Source: a virus (Duplodnaviria; Caudoviricetes). From it: a DNA stretch of 59,329 nucleotides. The stretch lies in IMG/VR virus record IMGVR_UViG_3300009184_000050, positions 1 through 59,329 of that record. One strand, written 5' to 3'. Position numbers and translations under genes: made by a program. Under the pieces are notes generated by a model, which did no database searches, was not told where the DNA came from, and saw only the letters and a program-made list of their open reading frames with translations. Shown in pieces: positions 1 through 9,341 of the stretch (the stretch's first letter is position 1; each line of letters opens with the position of its first letter).

Positions 1-323
1 GCTACACCTTGCTTGCCGTACATATCAAGCATTTGTCTAATATAGAAAGCATAAAATTGTGGACGTTCATTATATTCCATTTCACCAAGGACTGTTTTTA
101 ATGCTGCTATAGCATCAGCCGGTGTCCCCCCAAGCATTATTCTTAATGCTCTAGTAACAAGTCGGTCAACTCTTTGTGAACTTTCCGCTACCTCTTGTTC
201 GGGTTCAGGTTCTTCACCTTGAGCGGATTTAGCAATAAACTGCTGAGGGGTCATTATTTGAATGCCTTCGGCAGCACCGGGTAATTTTGGAACAGCCCCT
301 TCGTATAACTCTTTGAGGTTCAT
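1..323 (-). CDS. Putative head-internal protein, truncated by window edge
   Basis: Translated by hand: MNLKELYEGAVPKLPGAAEGIQIMTPQQF...EQEVAES...YGKQGVA. Open to position 1, so absent from the ORF track. Confidence 0.7.
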   Translation of the reverse strand, partial: MNLKELYEGAVPKLPGAAEGIQIMTPQQFIAKSAQGEEPEPEQEVAESSQRVDRLVTRALRIMLGGTPADAIAALKTVLGEMEYNERPQFYAFYIRQMLDMYGKQGV

Positions 324-329
324 GATTCT

Positions 330-776
330 TTATTTCCTATTTCTCTGTATAAATTGTTCAGCCAACATAACCAATTCGTGTAGTTCTTCTATGCTCTCAC
401 AATGCCATCTACGCAAACTTTTATTTATATTGCTATTTGGGTCACGGGCTGTTTTGGCACTGGTACGATGTTTCTTCATGCCCTTCATTCTTGCACAGAA
501 ACTCTTTCTGCGCTTGGCATCTTTACTGCCTTTTTTGAGTTTGCTTGGTTTGGTAGTTACCGCTGTTTGAATCTTGCTGCCAGGATGTTCCCTACGATAT
601 ACACTGACGCTTTTCTTACTCATTCCACCAACACGCTTGTGGTTGTGTTTGGCCCAAGTCTCCCCTTCCGCTACACTTTCACTTTTTGGCTTCTTTCCAG
701 CTTTTTTCATGGCAATAGCTATGGCAGCTTGTTGTGCAGGACTACTAGCTTCAGATATGATTTCGGCTAATCTCAT
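330..776 (-). CDS. Basic late protein, DUF6321-like C-terminus
   Basis: KRRKSFCARMKG...SLRRWHC motif and SSPAQQAAIAIAMKK module; TAAATA late box upstream (plus-strand TATTTA at 831-836). Confidence 0.7.
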   Translation of the reverse strand: MRLAEIISEASSPAQQAAIAIAMKKAGKKPKSESVAEGETWAKHNHKRVGGMSKKSVSVYRREHPGSKIQTAVTTKPSKLKKGSKDAKRRKSFCARMKGMKKHRTSAKTARDPNSNINKSLRRWHCESIEELHELVMLAEQFIQRNRK

Positions 777-854
777 GATGTTTCCATAAAATAGTTGACT
801 TTATTGTGTAAACGTGATACACTAATTATGTATTTATCACTTTGGACTTTTAAA

Positions 855-1889
855 TTGACAAATCAATCTATCAAACGTATCGGCTTTGCCTGCAAATTTT
901 CAGAAATCAACAAGAAAGGGGAAATCTCTAGCGTTGAAGGGCTTAACACAGGTGGTACTACACTTACCTTTCTCAAAAAAGTAAAGCGTGAGGTAGCCGA
1001 ACAAAAGATGTGGGATGTAATGGAAAAGAACATTACCAATACCCACAATCTTGTTAAGCGTGTTGCCACACTAGATCCTGCTCTAAAAATGGTCAGGCTA
1101 ACTAGTGATATGATGACTGGGTATACACACGGTGATTGGGAATACTTTTACAAACAAGGTGATGTTCGTAGGCGTATGGAACAACTTTTTGCGCCAATTG
1201 GTGAAACGGCAAGAGCAAATGATGTAAGACTTTCTTTTCATCCAGGACAATTTACAGTTCTCGCAAGTGCTAGTGAAGAAATCATAAATAACTCTATAAA
1301 GGAATTTGAATATCATGTTGACATGGCTAGGTGTATGGGATACGGCAAGGAATTCCAAAACATTAAAATCAACGTACACATCTCGGGTAAACGCGGTCCC
1401 CAAGGTATCAAAGACGTGGTTGGACGTTTATCCCCCGAAGCAAGAAACTCAATTACCATCGAGAATGACGAAATCTCATGGGGTATCGAGGCTAGCCTAG
1501 AGTTGGTAGATACCTGTGCTTTGGTCTTAGACATACATCATCATTGGGTAAAAACAGGCGAGTATATTAACGCAAATGATCCACGTATTCAAAAAATTAT
1601 TGATAGCTGGCGTGGTGTTAGGCCTACTCTTCACTACTCTGTTAGCCGTGAAGACTATCTTATTAATCATGCCCGAGACACCCTACCCAATTATAATGCA
1701 CTAATTGAATCGGGTAGTAATAAACAAAAACTTAGGGCTCATTCCGAATATTATTGGAATGATGCGGTCAATGATTGGGCACTCAGCCACTGGGAATGGG
1801 CGGATGTTCTTTGTGAGGCAAAAGCAAAAAATCTTGCCTCATTTAAGTTATTTGACTATGCTAAAGAAACGATGGGTTCCATTTCTTAA
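855..1889 (+). CDS. uvsE: UV damage endonuclease UvsE
   Basis: RIGFACK, RLSFHPGQF, INVHISG, IENDE, LDIHHHW, LRAHS, EAKAKN motifs. Start moved to TTG 855 because the track start at 795 is a -35 box. Confidence 0.93.
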   Translation: MTNQSIKRIGFACKFSEINKKGEISSVEGLNTGGTTLTFLKKVKREVAEQKMWDVMEKNITNTHNLVKRVATLDPALKMVRLTSDMMTGYTHGDWEYFYKQGDVRRRMEQLFAPIGETARANDVRLSFHPGQFTVLASASEEIINNSIKEFEYHVDMARCMGYGKEFQNIKINVHISGKRGPQGIKDVVGRLSPEARNSITIENDEISWGIEASLELVDTCALVLDIHHHWVKTGEYINANDPRIQKIIDSWRGVRPTLHYSVSREDYLINHARDTLPNYNALIESGSNKQKLRAHSEYYWNDAVNDWALSHWEWADVLCEAKAKNLASFKLFDYAKETMGSIS

Positions 1890-2561
1890 TTTTCGTATAG
1901 TGGCATAATCTATTTTTATTTTAGATTGAATTTCAGTATTGGTAAGACCTTCTCTTATCAATTTGTTTACGCTATCCAATCGTGCATAGTCTGTCAGTAC
2001 ACGAGAATCCCACATTTTATTAGCCTTTTTTCTTGCTCTATCCGGGTCAGATTGATACCATTTTTTTATTGAGTTGGATTGTTTCTTTATGATACTTGAT
2101 CTATCTGGCTTAGAATCAAAATATTTTCTTAGGCCAGCGGCAGTTTTTGGATTAGGTTTTCCTCTTGCTTGTGATGCTATTTTCTCAGTATGCTCAGGCT
2201 TTCTAGGTGGTTTAGGTTTCCCTAACTGTCCATTACGCAATTTTTCTCGGGTTGCCTCAGTTGGCGGTCCTCCTCCCCCAGTTTCAGGAATTATATTTGC
2301 CCATATTCTATTTCCATAATTATCAACAGCAGTTGTTATTTTATAATAAGTAGAATAATATCTACCTTGTTCATTCAATTCTTTTTTTGTCTGACATTTT
2401 GCAAGAATTTCAGTAGTTATATGATACCCAAAATTATTTAAGTGGGCTTTCCAATCTATTCCTGAACCACAGTAGTTATATGGATCTTGTTTTGATGTTT
2501 GGCAAAGATATTTTAACCCTGTAATTTTGTGGGTATTAACCATTAAGTAATAAATAGTCAT
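1848..2561 (-). mobile_element. Free-standing Seg-like GIY-YIG homing endonuclease with NUMOD3-like repeats
   Basis: IYYLMVNTHKITGLKYLCQT..Y.GSG N-terminus; TEATREKLRNGQLGK repeats; inserted antisense, overlapping the uvsE 3' end. Confidence 0.8.
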
Positions 2562-2631
2562 GCTGATTGCTCCTTGTAAGCATTAGAGAGGGTGGGTATT
2601 TCCAGTACCGCGATCCTCACTTTTATTTATC
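2559..2631 (-). promoter_or_regulatory. Late promoter plus structured 5' leader of the homing endonuclease gene
   Basis: Minus strand GATAAATA, then GAGG..GGTA-CTGGAAA-TACC..CCTC stem and TGCT-TACAAGG-AGCA hairpin covering the AAGGAG SD. Confidence 0.55.
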
Positions 2632-2638
2632 ATTTTAG

Positions 2639-2667
2639 TTGACATTGTTAGGTAAACATGATAGTAT
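2639..2667 (+). promoter_or_regulatory. sigma70-like promoter
   Basis: TTGACA-17-TAGTAT. Confidence 0.6.
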
Positions 2668-2687
2668 TGAAAAACAAAAGGTAAGTT

Positions 2688-3119
2688 ATGTTTGATAAAT
2701 TAAAGAAACTGTTTCAGAAAAAACCCGAACCACAAGTCCAAGAACCCCCCAAGAAAGAACCCAAGCCTCGTGCACCTAAGGAAGAAGTTAAACTTAGTCC
2801 CAAAGAGTTAGCAACTAAAAATGGTGAACCATATATTCATGTTGTCAGTATGGACCTTGATCCAAACAATGTGAACAACGGGGCGTTTGAATTGGATTGG
2901 AATGACAAGTTCATTTTGAACCTTATCCGAGCCGGGTATAAGAAAAAGGATGAGGATACCGAAGATGTTATTGTGGATCGGTGGTTTCAAACAGTGTGTA
3001 GGAACATTGCTTTAGAAGTCTATGAACAGCAGCAGGCCGATCCCGACATGAGGGGTATGTCAGACATGCGTAACATTAGAACCAAAGATTTGGGTAACGG
3101 TCGTACTGAGGTAAGTTAA
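2688..3119 (+). CDS. Hypothetical phage protein
   Basis: Clean ORF with promoter and SD; FELDWNDKF..VDRWFQTVCRN core. Confidence 0.8.
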   Translation: MFDKLKKLFQKKPEPQVQEPPKKEPKPRAPKEEVKLSPKELATKNGEPYIHVVSMDLDPNNVNNGAFELDWNDKFILNLIRAGYKKKDEDTEDVIVDRWFQTVCRNIALEVYEQQQADPDMRGMSDMRNIRTKDLGNGRTEVS

Positions 3120-3707
3120 ATGTTTAATAGTATTCAATTATATAACCCTGATTTTATCATTGATTGTTCTAAGCTAAAGTACTGTAGAGATATTTACTCC
3201 TCAATGAGGTCTCATGGCATTGTAAAAGCCTATGTATATGGAATGTGTTTTAAACCTGGACCATTGGTATATGATTTTTCAAAAGTTGGGAAAAGCTGCC
3301 CTAGTCTAGAAGAAAAAAGAGAACATCAGGTGGGTGAGCGTATTACTAGACAATTGAGTTGGGTTCCTGGTTGGGAGGGCGAGCATGTCCGTAGTTCTCA
3401 TGGTGCGGATTTTTGGTTAGGCATTGAGGATTTTTTAATCCCAAAAGGCTTATTGCCAGCATCATTTAATAAAAATGATGTTACCATTGCTGTTTGGGAT
3501 ATTTCTAAGAGAATGCTTACCGCAGATATTCGTGAAGAAGATGAGGAAAAAGCTTGCTCTTGGGCTGAGGGTGAGTTAGCACGACAATACAAGTCATCAT
3601 TTGGGAGACTACCTCATCTTAATATTCAGGACCCTACACGTACCAAGCACTATAAAGGTGGATATACGCCAAAATCAGTTTGGAATAATTTGTTTGAACT
3701 TAGTTGA
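3120..3707 (+). CDS. GIY-YIG-like nuclease
   Basis: YVY...KVGKS...GERITRQ...EGELARQY..FGRLPHLN matches GIY-YIG motif order. Confidence 0.6.
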   Translation: MFNSIQLYNPDFIIDCSKLKYCRDIYSSMRSHGIVKAYVYGMCFKPGPLVYDFSKVGKSCPSLEEKREHQVGERITRQLSWVPGWEGEHVRSSHGADFWLGIEDFLIPKGLLPASFNKNDVTIAVWDISKRMLTADIREEDEEKACSWAEGELARQYKSSFGRLPHLNIQDPTRTKHYKGGYTPKSVWNNLFELS

Positions 3708-3763
3708 TGTTGTAAAAATACGACAAGATAATAATTGACAGTAATACCAAATTAGTCTATTAT
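3708..3763 (+). promoter_or_regulatory. Operator-like palindrome plus sigma70 promoter
   Basis: TGTTG-N8-CGACA (3708-3725), then TTGACA-17-TATTAT (3735-3763). Confidence 0.65.
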
Positions 3764-3795
3764 AGAAGCTTATCAACACTCTTTGGAGTTTTTTC

Positions 3796-5649
3796 ATGGC
3801 CAATATCTTTCAAACTACATATAATCCATTCGTTTCTGATATTGTACTGTCAGTGAACCAACACAAGCATTTGGTTCAACAGGTTGTCAACCAACTTGAC
3901 AAGTTTTATAAACGAACTGATGTTAGGAAAATGGTGCTTAACGCATTTACTGGTTCAGGTAAAACAACAGTTTCAATCAAAGCGTTGATCCCGGAATTCA
4001 TTCGTACATTTTACCCACAAAAACGGGTAATTGGTTTCATGGCACCTCGCAAAGAAGTTGTCAAAGGAGCATACCGAAACGCATATAATGCACTTAACAA
4101 TAAAACAGTTAACGGTGCAAAAATTCGGGTTTATTATCAAAAAGACCTCGATGATGTGCAAGAAAAAATTGCAGAAGGTAAGAATGCTGCTTTGGATGGT
4201 GATGTTATTGTCATCTTTATGACCGCACAATACTTTAACAGTAATCATGCTTTCTTGGCTACAAGCGGTGTAGTAGACTTAATGATTGTAGATGAAGCAC
4301 ATATTATGTTCGGCACAATTAATGAGGAAGATACAAAAGCTGACAAAGGACAGCGTATTAAAGATTTTGTAGCAAAAACTTTAGACAAACTATCATCAAT
4401 GACTAATACCGGAGTATTGTTCTTAACTGCTACTCCCACTAATAGTCAACAAATGAATACTTATTTGGGCGAGACAAATAACATTTATCTTGACCCGATG
4501 CCCCGCGATGTATTGACTACTCCCTTTTATGATATTGTTTCATATTTGGATAATGAAGATACATTGTTCAAGGGTCTTGAGTATTTTAATTTGCAATGTC
4601 AACGAATTGGAGAATTGATTAAGCTAATTACTCCCGATACTTGGAAAGAGGCTAAAGAAAATTTTATCCCAATGTATCCAGCAGTATTAGCACGTATTGG
4701 ACGACGCGGTGCAACCAATGGGCTTGACTTTGACGTTTATATCGACCAAATTCGCACAGTTTGCAAAAACTATGGATTCAAATTGTTTATCTCTACAAGT
4801 GATGGTAAAGAATTTGATGGCGATACTATTAGCGATATGGATGAAGGAGTTCAGCGTGGATCTAAGGAACATGATAAACCCATTGTAATGGTGGTAATTG
4901 ATAGTGGTTACGCAGGGGTTGATTTTGTCAAAATCAATAATATTATCATTGGGCGTGATCCTTCAGGTACTATTCATAATAATTACTCACAAACCGCAGG
5001 ACGTGCGGCACGTATGAAGTTTAATTTTGTTAACCATGGAATCGCAGCAGATACTATTAAGGGTTATTCTTGTTCTAACGAACAAAAGCGTTTTATTGCC
5101 CAATATTATATTGAACATAGCGCCTCTATTGTCCATGTTCCAGTAGATAGCAAACTATTAAATGGTGACGTAAAACAATTTATTGAAACTGATACCTTTC
5201 GCAAAGAAGAAGGTGCTGCATTCATTTTGAAAAAAGTGTTCAATGGAGGACCAGTGCCTGATTTGTATCTTTCACATAGCACCACTGTTCAAAATGACGG
5301 CTACAAGCAATTCAAGAAAGATCACTGTGAAGTTTGCAAAACAGGCAAAGATGGACATACAAATTGTTTTCATTCAGCATGGGAAGGATTTCAGAAAATT
5401 ATGGGATGCAAAATCAGTGAAGCTGAAATGAAAATGCTTTGGCCAATGTGTTTAGATGTTCATCACCGCGACGGTGATCATTTCAACAATGACCCATTGA
5501 ACTTGGTGACGATTTGTCCGAACGTGCATAGGCTTGTAACAATGAAAAATCAGGATTATAATAATCGGTATCCTGAATTGCATGCGGCGTTGAAAAAAAT
5601 TGCAAATAAAAAGGGCGGTCGAGTACCCAATGCTATTGCATTTGTTTAA
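3796..5649 (+). CDS. SF2 (DEAH, ResIII-like) helicase fused to C-terminal HNH nuclease
   Basis: AFTGSGKT, DEAH, TAT, QTAGRAAR; C-terminal CEVC...HHRDGDHFNNDPLNLVTICPNVH. Confidence 0.85.
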   Translation: MANIFQTTYNPFVSDIVLSVNQHKHLVQQVVNQLDKFYKRTDVRKMVLNAFTGSGKTTVSIKALIPEFIRTFYPQKRVIGFMAPRKEVVKGAYRNAYNALNNKTVNGAKIRVYYQKDLDDVQEKIAEGKNAALDGDVIVIFMTAQYFNSNHAFLATSGVVDLMIVDEAHIMFGTINEEDTKADKGQRIKDFVAKTLDKLSSMTNTGVLFLTATPTNSQQMNTYLGETNNIYLDPMPRDVLTTPFYDIVSYLDNEDTLFKGLEYFNLQCQRIGELIKLITPDTWKEAKENFIPMYPAVLARIGRRGATNGLDFDVYIDQIRTVCKNYGFKLFISTSDGKEFDGDTISDMDEGVQRGSKEHDKPIVMVVIDSGYAGVDFVKINNIIIGRDPSGTIHNNYSQTAGRAARMKFNFVNHGIAADTIKGYSCSNEQKRFIAQYYIEHSASIVHVPVDSKLLNGDVKQFIETDTFRKEEGAAFILKKVFNGGPVPDLYLSHSTTVQNDGYKQFKKDHCEVCKTGKDGHTNCFHSAWEGFQKIMGCKISEAEMKMLWPMCLDVHHRDGDHFNNDPLNLVTICPNVHRLVTMKNQDYNNRYPELHAALKKIANKKGGRVPNAIAFV

Positions 5650-5670
5650 ATAGCAGTATATAATACACCC

Positions 5671-6675
5671 ATGAAATACGCACTTATTGATACCGCAAAT
5701 ACCTTCTTTCGTGCTCGGCATATTGCTAGCCGCAACAGTGATGCATGGGAGAAAGTGGGGATGGCCCTTCATCTTACACTTTCAAGCGTAAATCAAGTTG
5801 TACGCAAATTTGGTATTGATCACATTGTATTTTGCTTAGAAGGTAAATCATGGAGAAAAGACTACTATAAACCATATAAAGCAAATCGTAAGTTAGATGA
5901 ATCTGTAATGACCGAAGCGGACATTGAAGAAAACAGGATGTTTTGGGAAACATATGATATGTTTACCAAATTCTTGCGTGAAAAAACTAATGTCAGTGTA
6001 CTCAGGCATGAACGGGCTGAGGCTGATGATTTGATTGCCCGCTTTATTCATTTGCATCCCGATGACACACATTACATTATCTCTTCTGATACTGATTACA
6101 TTCAGCTTATTAGTGAAAATGTCCATCAATACAATGGAATCAGCAACCAGCTTATTACTACAGAGGGTTACCATGATGAAAAGGGTAGATTGGTAATTGA
6201 TAAGAAAACAAAAGAACCTAAATTGTTAGGTGACCCACAATTTCATCTGTTTGAAAAATGTATGCGAGGTGATTCAACTGACAATGTATTCTCTGCTTAT
6301 CCAGGTGTTCGCACTAAAGGCAGTAAGAATAAAATTGGATTGATTGAAGCTTATGCGGATCGTACTAAGCAAGGATTCAATTGGAATAATATCATGCTTC
6401 AACGGTGGGTTGATCATGAGGGTGTAGAACATCGTGTTCGGGATTGTTACGAACGTAATCGTACTCTAATTGACTTGACAGCACAACCCGAAGATATTAA
6501 AACAGAAGTAGACCTTCGTATTAAATCTGAAGTACGCACGGCAACTACTCCACAAGTTGGTGTACATTTTTTACGTTTTTGCTCTAAATATGAATTAACC
6601 AAAATTAGTGAGCAGGCTGAAACATATGCCAAATGGCTCAACAATCCTTATAAAGGAAATATAAATGGAGTTTAA
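5671..6675 (+). CDS. rnh: 5'-3' exonuclease / T4 RNase H-like flap endonuclease
   Basis: LIDTAN, YKANR, EADDLIA, ISSDTDYIQL, GDSTDNV. Confidence 0.9.
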   Translation: MKYALIDTANTFFRARHIASRNSDAWEKVGMALHLTLSSVNQVVRKFGIDHIVFCLEGKSWRKDYYKPYKANRKLDESVMTEADIEENRMFWETYDMFTKFLREKTNVSVLRHERAEADDLIARFIHLHPDDTHYIISSDTDYIQLISENVHQYNGISNQLITTEGYHDEKGRLVIDKKTKEPKLLGDPQFHLFEKCMRGDSTDNVFSAYPGVRTKGSKNKIGLIEAYADRTKQGFNWNNIMLQRWVDHEGVEHRVRDCYERNRTLIDLTAQPEDIKTEVDLRIKSEVRTATTPQVGVHFLRFCSKYELTKISEQAETYAKWLNNPYKGNINGV

Positions 6676-7134
6676 ATGAATAAAACACTAATCGCTAAGA
6701 CAGTGATTAAAAATCAATATTGGGTAATCACTGATGGTGAAAAGAAAGTTGGTAATGTAACGGCTGAAGATTCAGGGTTCAATTTAAAATTAAATGGTAA
6801 CAATCATTTTTTTAAAACTACCAACGATATTAAAAAATATACCCTAATTGAATTTGAATCACTAAAAACTAATGTCAAGTCTGACTTACCTTTTTATAAC
6901 TTTCCAACTCCAGCTAAGTTTTATAATTCTATCTTAGATATTAAACGTAAATTACATTTGTTTACCAAAACTAAAAAAAGCAAATGTTACTATGCGGCTG
7001 GCTGGTTCGTTATCAATCAACTTCAAGAAAACGAAGTAGTATTTTGTCCTAAATACATTTTTGTCCAACGGTATAAATATATAGGACCTTTTTTTACTAA
7101 AGATGAAGCAGAAAACTTGATAAATACCTTATGA
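6676..7134 (+). CDS. Hypothetical protein
   Basis: Contiguous with rnh; GGAG SD. Confidence 0.8.
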   Translation: MNKTLIAKTVIKNQYWVITDGEKKVGNVTAEDSGFNLKLNGNNHFFKTTNDIKKYTLIEFESLKTNVKSDLPFYNFPTPAKFYNSILDIKRKLHLFTKTKKSKCYYAAGWFVINQLQENEVVFCPKYIFVQRYKYIGPFFTKDEAENLINTL

Positions 7135-7334
7135 TTCAAATTAAAAGATTTATTGAAAAAGTTTCATTAGTTGAAAGTAAACAGAGCAGAGATGTTGTGA
7201 TTCCTATCGGGGAAGCTAGGATTCTACGTGATGAACTAGCCAGCATTCTTGTTGATTTGTATAATAAAAACAATGAGAGAAAAGATTCAACAGAAGAAAT
7301 TAAAATAGAGATTAAGGGCGGCAAGTTTAAATGA
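7131..7334 (+). CDS. Hypothetical protein
   Basis: ATGA overlap; TAAATA 4 nt upstream. Confidence 0.75.
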   Translation: MIQIKRFIEKVSLVESKQSRDVVIPIGEARILRDELASILVDLYNKNNERKDSTEEIKIEIKGGKFK

Positions 7335-7630
7335 GTAGGACTAAACCCAAAGTATTAATGGAGATAGTAGATAAAACTACATATAAGTGTGATCAAATTG
7401 TAGAAGCATTTGGTATTTGGGCCGTATTTTACGATAATCAACCTATTAATTTTAAATCACAACATTACTTAGATAATGAAGCCACGCCTAAATACAAAAA
7501 AACAAGTTTCTCTAATCCAGGTCATGCTAGAAATTTATGTCGTAGATTAAATTCACAGTTTAAAACAAATTTGTTTACTGTAGTGTTTATGAATTCAGGG
7601 ACATGTGTTTACCCAGATGACTCCACGTAA
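7331..7630 (+). CDS. Hypothetical phage protein
   Basis: ATGA overlap; PKYKKTSFSNPGHA motif. Confidence 0.8.
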   Translation: MSRTKPKVLMEIVDKTTYKCDQIVEAFGIWAVFYDNQPINFKSQHYLDNEATPKYKKTSFSNPGHARNLCRRLNSQFKTNLFTVVFMNSGTCVYPDDST

Positions 7631-8033
7631 ATCTATTAAACAGTATATTACAGAGGCTGTTCTAGCAGAAATACCTAAACACTTGTTTAATGATAGTGAG
7701 TTGCCAATAGACCAACTTATATTTAAATGGTGGTTAACAGGAAGACAAGAAGGTCTTAGACTAAAAGAAGAGGGTTTAGCCGCATTTTTATTAGCAGAAA
7801 TAGAATATTATGAATATGACTTGCTAGCACCTGCAGGTCGATGGCATGAGTATTTGTTAGAATTAAATAAAAAAATCAAATGTCCGTACTATATTGATGC
7901 AAATAGAAAACATCCAACTAGTGGGCTTAACGATAAACCACGCATTAAATTGTTTGATAGTAAAATTGCAATGATGGTTGGTTTATACGGTAGCATTCCA
8001 AATTACTTAGAATCTATAAAGGTGAAAAGATGA
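7617..8033 (+). CDS. Hypothetical protein
   Basis: Operon-packed ORF; ATG 7617. Confidence 0.75.
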   Translation: MTPRKSIKQYITEAVLAEIPKHLFNDSELPIDQLIFKWWLTGRQEGLRLKEEGLAAFLLAEIEYYEYDLLAPAGRWHEYLLELNKKIKCPYYIDANRKHPTSGLNDKPRIKLFDSKIAMMVGLYGSIPNYLESIKVKR

Positions 8034-8176
8034 CAGAAGAAGATAAAACCAAAAAACCAAAAATTACTATGCCTCCTAAAAAGAATCAGGCATACAATCA
8101 ACCTAAAGTTCCTAAGCCAAATACAAAGGGTTTCGGTGGTGCTAGTGTTGTGCGTAGAACAGGTAGAGGTCGTTAA
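8030..8176 (+). CDS. Small basic protein (48 aa)
   Basis: MTEEDKTKKPK...VVRRTGRGR; ATGA overlap; below track cutoff. Confidence 0.6.
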   Translation: MTEEDKTKKPKITMPPKKNQAYNQPKVPKPNTKGFGGASVVRRTGRGR

Positions 8177-8661
8177 TAATAAACACCTTCATTACGCATT
8201 CTTTTAATAAATGACAAGTATGAGCTACATATACCATAACACCTAACATGTACTGTACTGAATAGTCCTCTATCATTTATTTCAGGAAGGAAAAGAATAC
8301 TAGAAGTACTTATAGGAATAGTTCCTGGAGTAATGATTTGACCACCGCTAGCAGTAGTTGGATTGTTTTCATTGACATTATTAAACCAAAAATAATTTGG
8401 ATATAGTTTGGCTGGTTGAGTAACAATCCATTCTTGCATTTCAGTATTGATAGCATTAATCCAAAATCTTTTACCTTGTAGATATTTTGGAGTTACTTCA
8501 ATTACAGGTTGTCTAGTTCCAATATAGAGTATACCATTGACACGCCATACGTCAACCATGCAAGAATAACCGGCGTTGAATGCATTTGTAATTTGCTGAG
8601 GAGTGTTAGCCTTGTCAAAATTTTGACCATCGAAAACACCTTGATAGGATATGTATAACAT
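8173..8661 (-). CDS. Degenerate GDPD/PLC-like phosphodiesterase fold
   Basis: ISYQG..NT....AF.AGY....DVW resembles ISHRG..EN.......G....E.DVW but lacks the His/Glu residues. Confidence 0.55.
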   Translation of the reverse strand: MLYISYQGVFDGQNFDKANTPQQITNAFNAGYSCMVDVWRVNGILYIGTRQPVIEVTPKYLQGKRFWINAINTEMQEWIVTQPAKLYPNYFWFNNVNENNPTTASGGQIITPGTIPISTSSILFLPEINDRGLFSTVHVRCYGICSSYLSFIKRMRNEGVYY

Positions 8662-8781
8662 CTAGTATTTATGATTATGGGCAAAGAGTTTTTACAAACT
8701 GTCAACGGAATCTGTATCTCGCACGTTAATATATATGTAGATGCAAAAATCTACGTTTCATTTTTTATAAAGGAAAACCAA

Positions 8782-9054
8782 ATGAAAACAATCGCTACTT
8801 TAATCGCTGGTCTTTTTGCTGTTACCGCTTTTGCTTCTGAGCCTGTTAAGGCACCTGCCGCTGCTCCTGCTGCTGCTCCTGCTGCTGCTCCTACTGAGCT
8901 TAAGCTTCCTGCTAAGGCCCCTACTGCTGCACCTGCTAAAGTAGATGCAGTTACCAAGCAAGACGTTGCCAAGCCTGCCAAAAGTGAAGACAAGGCTCCT
9001 GCCAAAGCAGACGCAAAGGCTGTTGCGCCAGCTACCTCGACCACAGCTAAGTAA
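8782..9054 (+). CDS. Secreted Ala/Pro/Lys-rich protein
   Basis: AAGGA SD; signal peptide MKTIATLIAGLFAVTAFA; APAAA repeats. Confidence 0.85.
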   Translation: MKTIATLIAGLFAVTAFASEPVKAPAAAPAAAPAAAPTELKLPAKAPTAAPAKVDAVTKQDVAKPAKSEDKAPAKADAKAVAPATSTTAK

Positions 9055-9238
9055 TCTTTGTTTTGATGATGACGGTGACGGTACCACTGTTGAAGACTTA
9101 GACTTACATGCAGGTTACCGTCGTGACATTATTTCACCAAAAAAGATAGTACAACCTGAGTTTAATGATTATATTAAATCTAGGTTAGTATTATCTAGGT
9201 ACTTAGCACTTAGAAAGTACGACGAAAAATGGGGATAA
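8945..9238 (+). CDS. Possible overlapping ORF, start uncertain
   Basis: Protein-like 3' part (9055-9238) ends at the terminator; its only starts lie inside the upstream gene. Confidence 0.4.
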   Translation: MQLPSKTLPSLPKVKTRLLPKQTQRLLRQLPRPQLSNLCFDDDGDGTTVEDLDLHAGYRRDIISPKKIVQPEFNDYIKSRLVLSRYLALRKYDEKWG

Positions 9239-9253
9239 TTATCCCCATTTTTT
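9225..9253. terminator. Bidirectional intrinsic terminator
   Basis: AAAAATGGGGATAATTATCCCCATTTTTT perfect inverted repeat. Confidence 0.75.
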
Positions 9254-9264
9254 AGCACACAAAA

Positions 9265-9295
9265 TGCTGCATTGCAAAAAATTAGGACTAAATAC
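9265..9295 (+). promoter_or_regulatory. PhaR-like TGC-N3-GCA box upstream of TAAATA promoter
   Basis: TGCTGCATTGCAAAA at 9265-9279; CTAAATAC at 9288-9295. Confidence 0.45.
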
Positions 9296-9341
9296 ATCAG
9301 TAATAATCATAAGTTATTACTAAACAAAAGGAGAACATACA

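Noticed and set aside
262-789. Plus-strand ORFs 262, 402 and 574
   Set aside because: Antisense to better-supported minus-strand late genes.
1848-2631. Group I intron around the homing endonuclease
   Set aside because: uvsE is intact and there is no room for an intron core; the endonuclease is free-standing.
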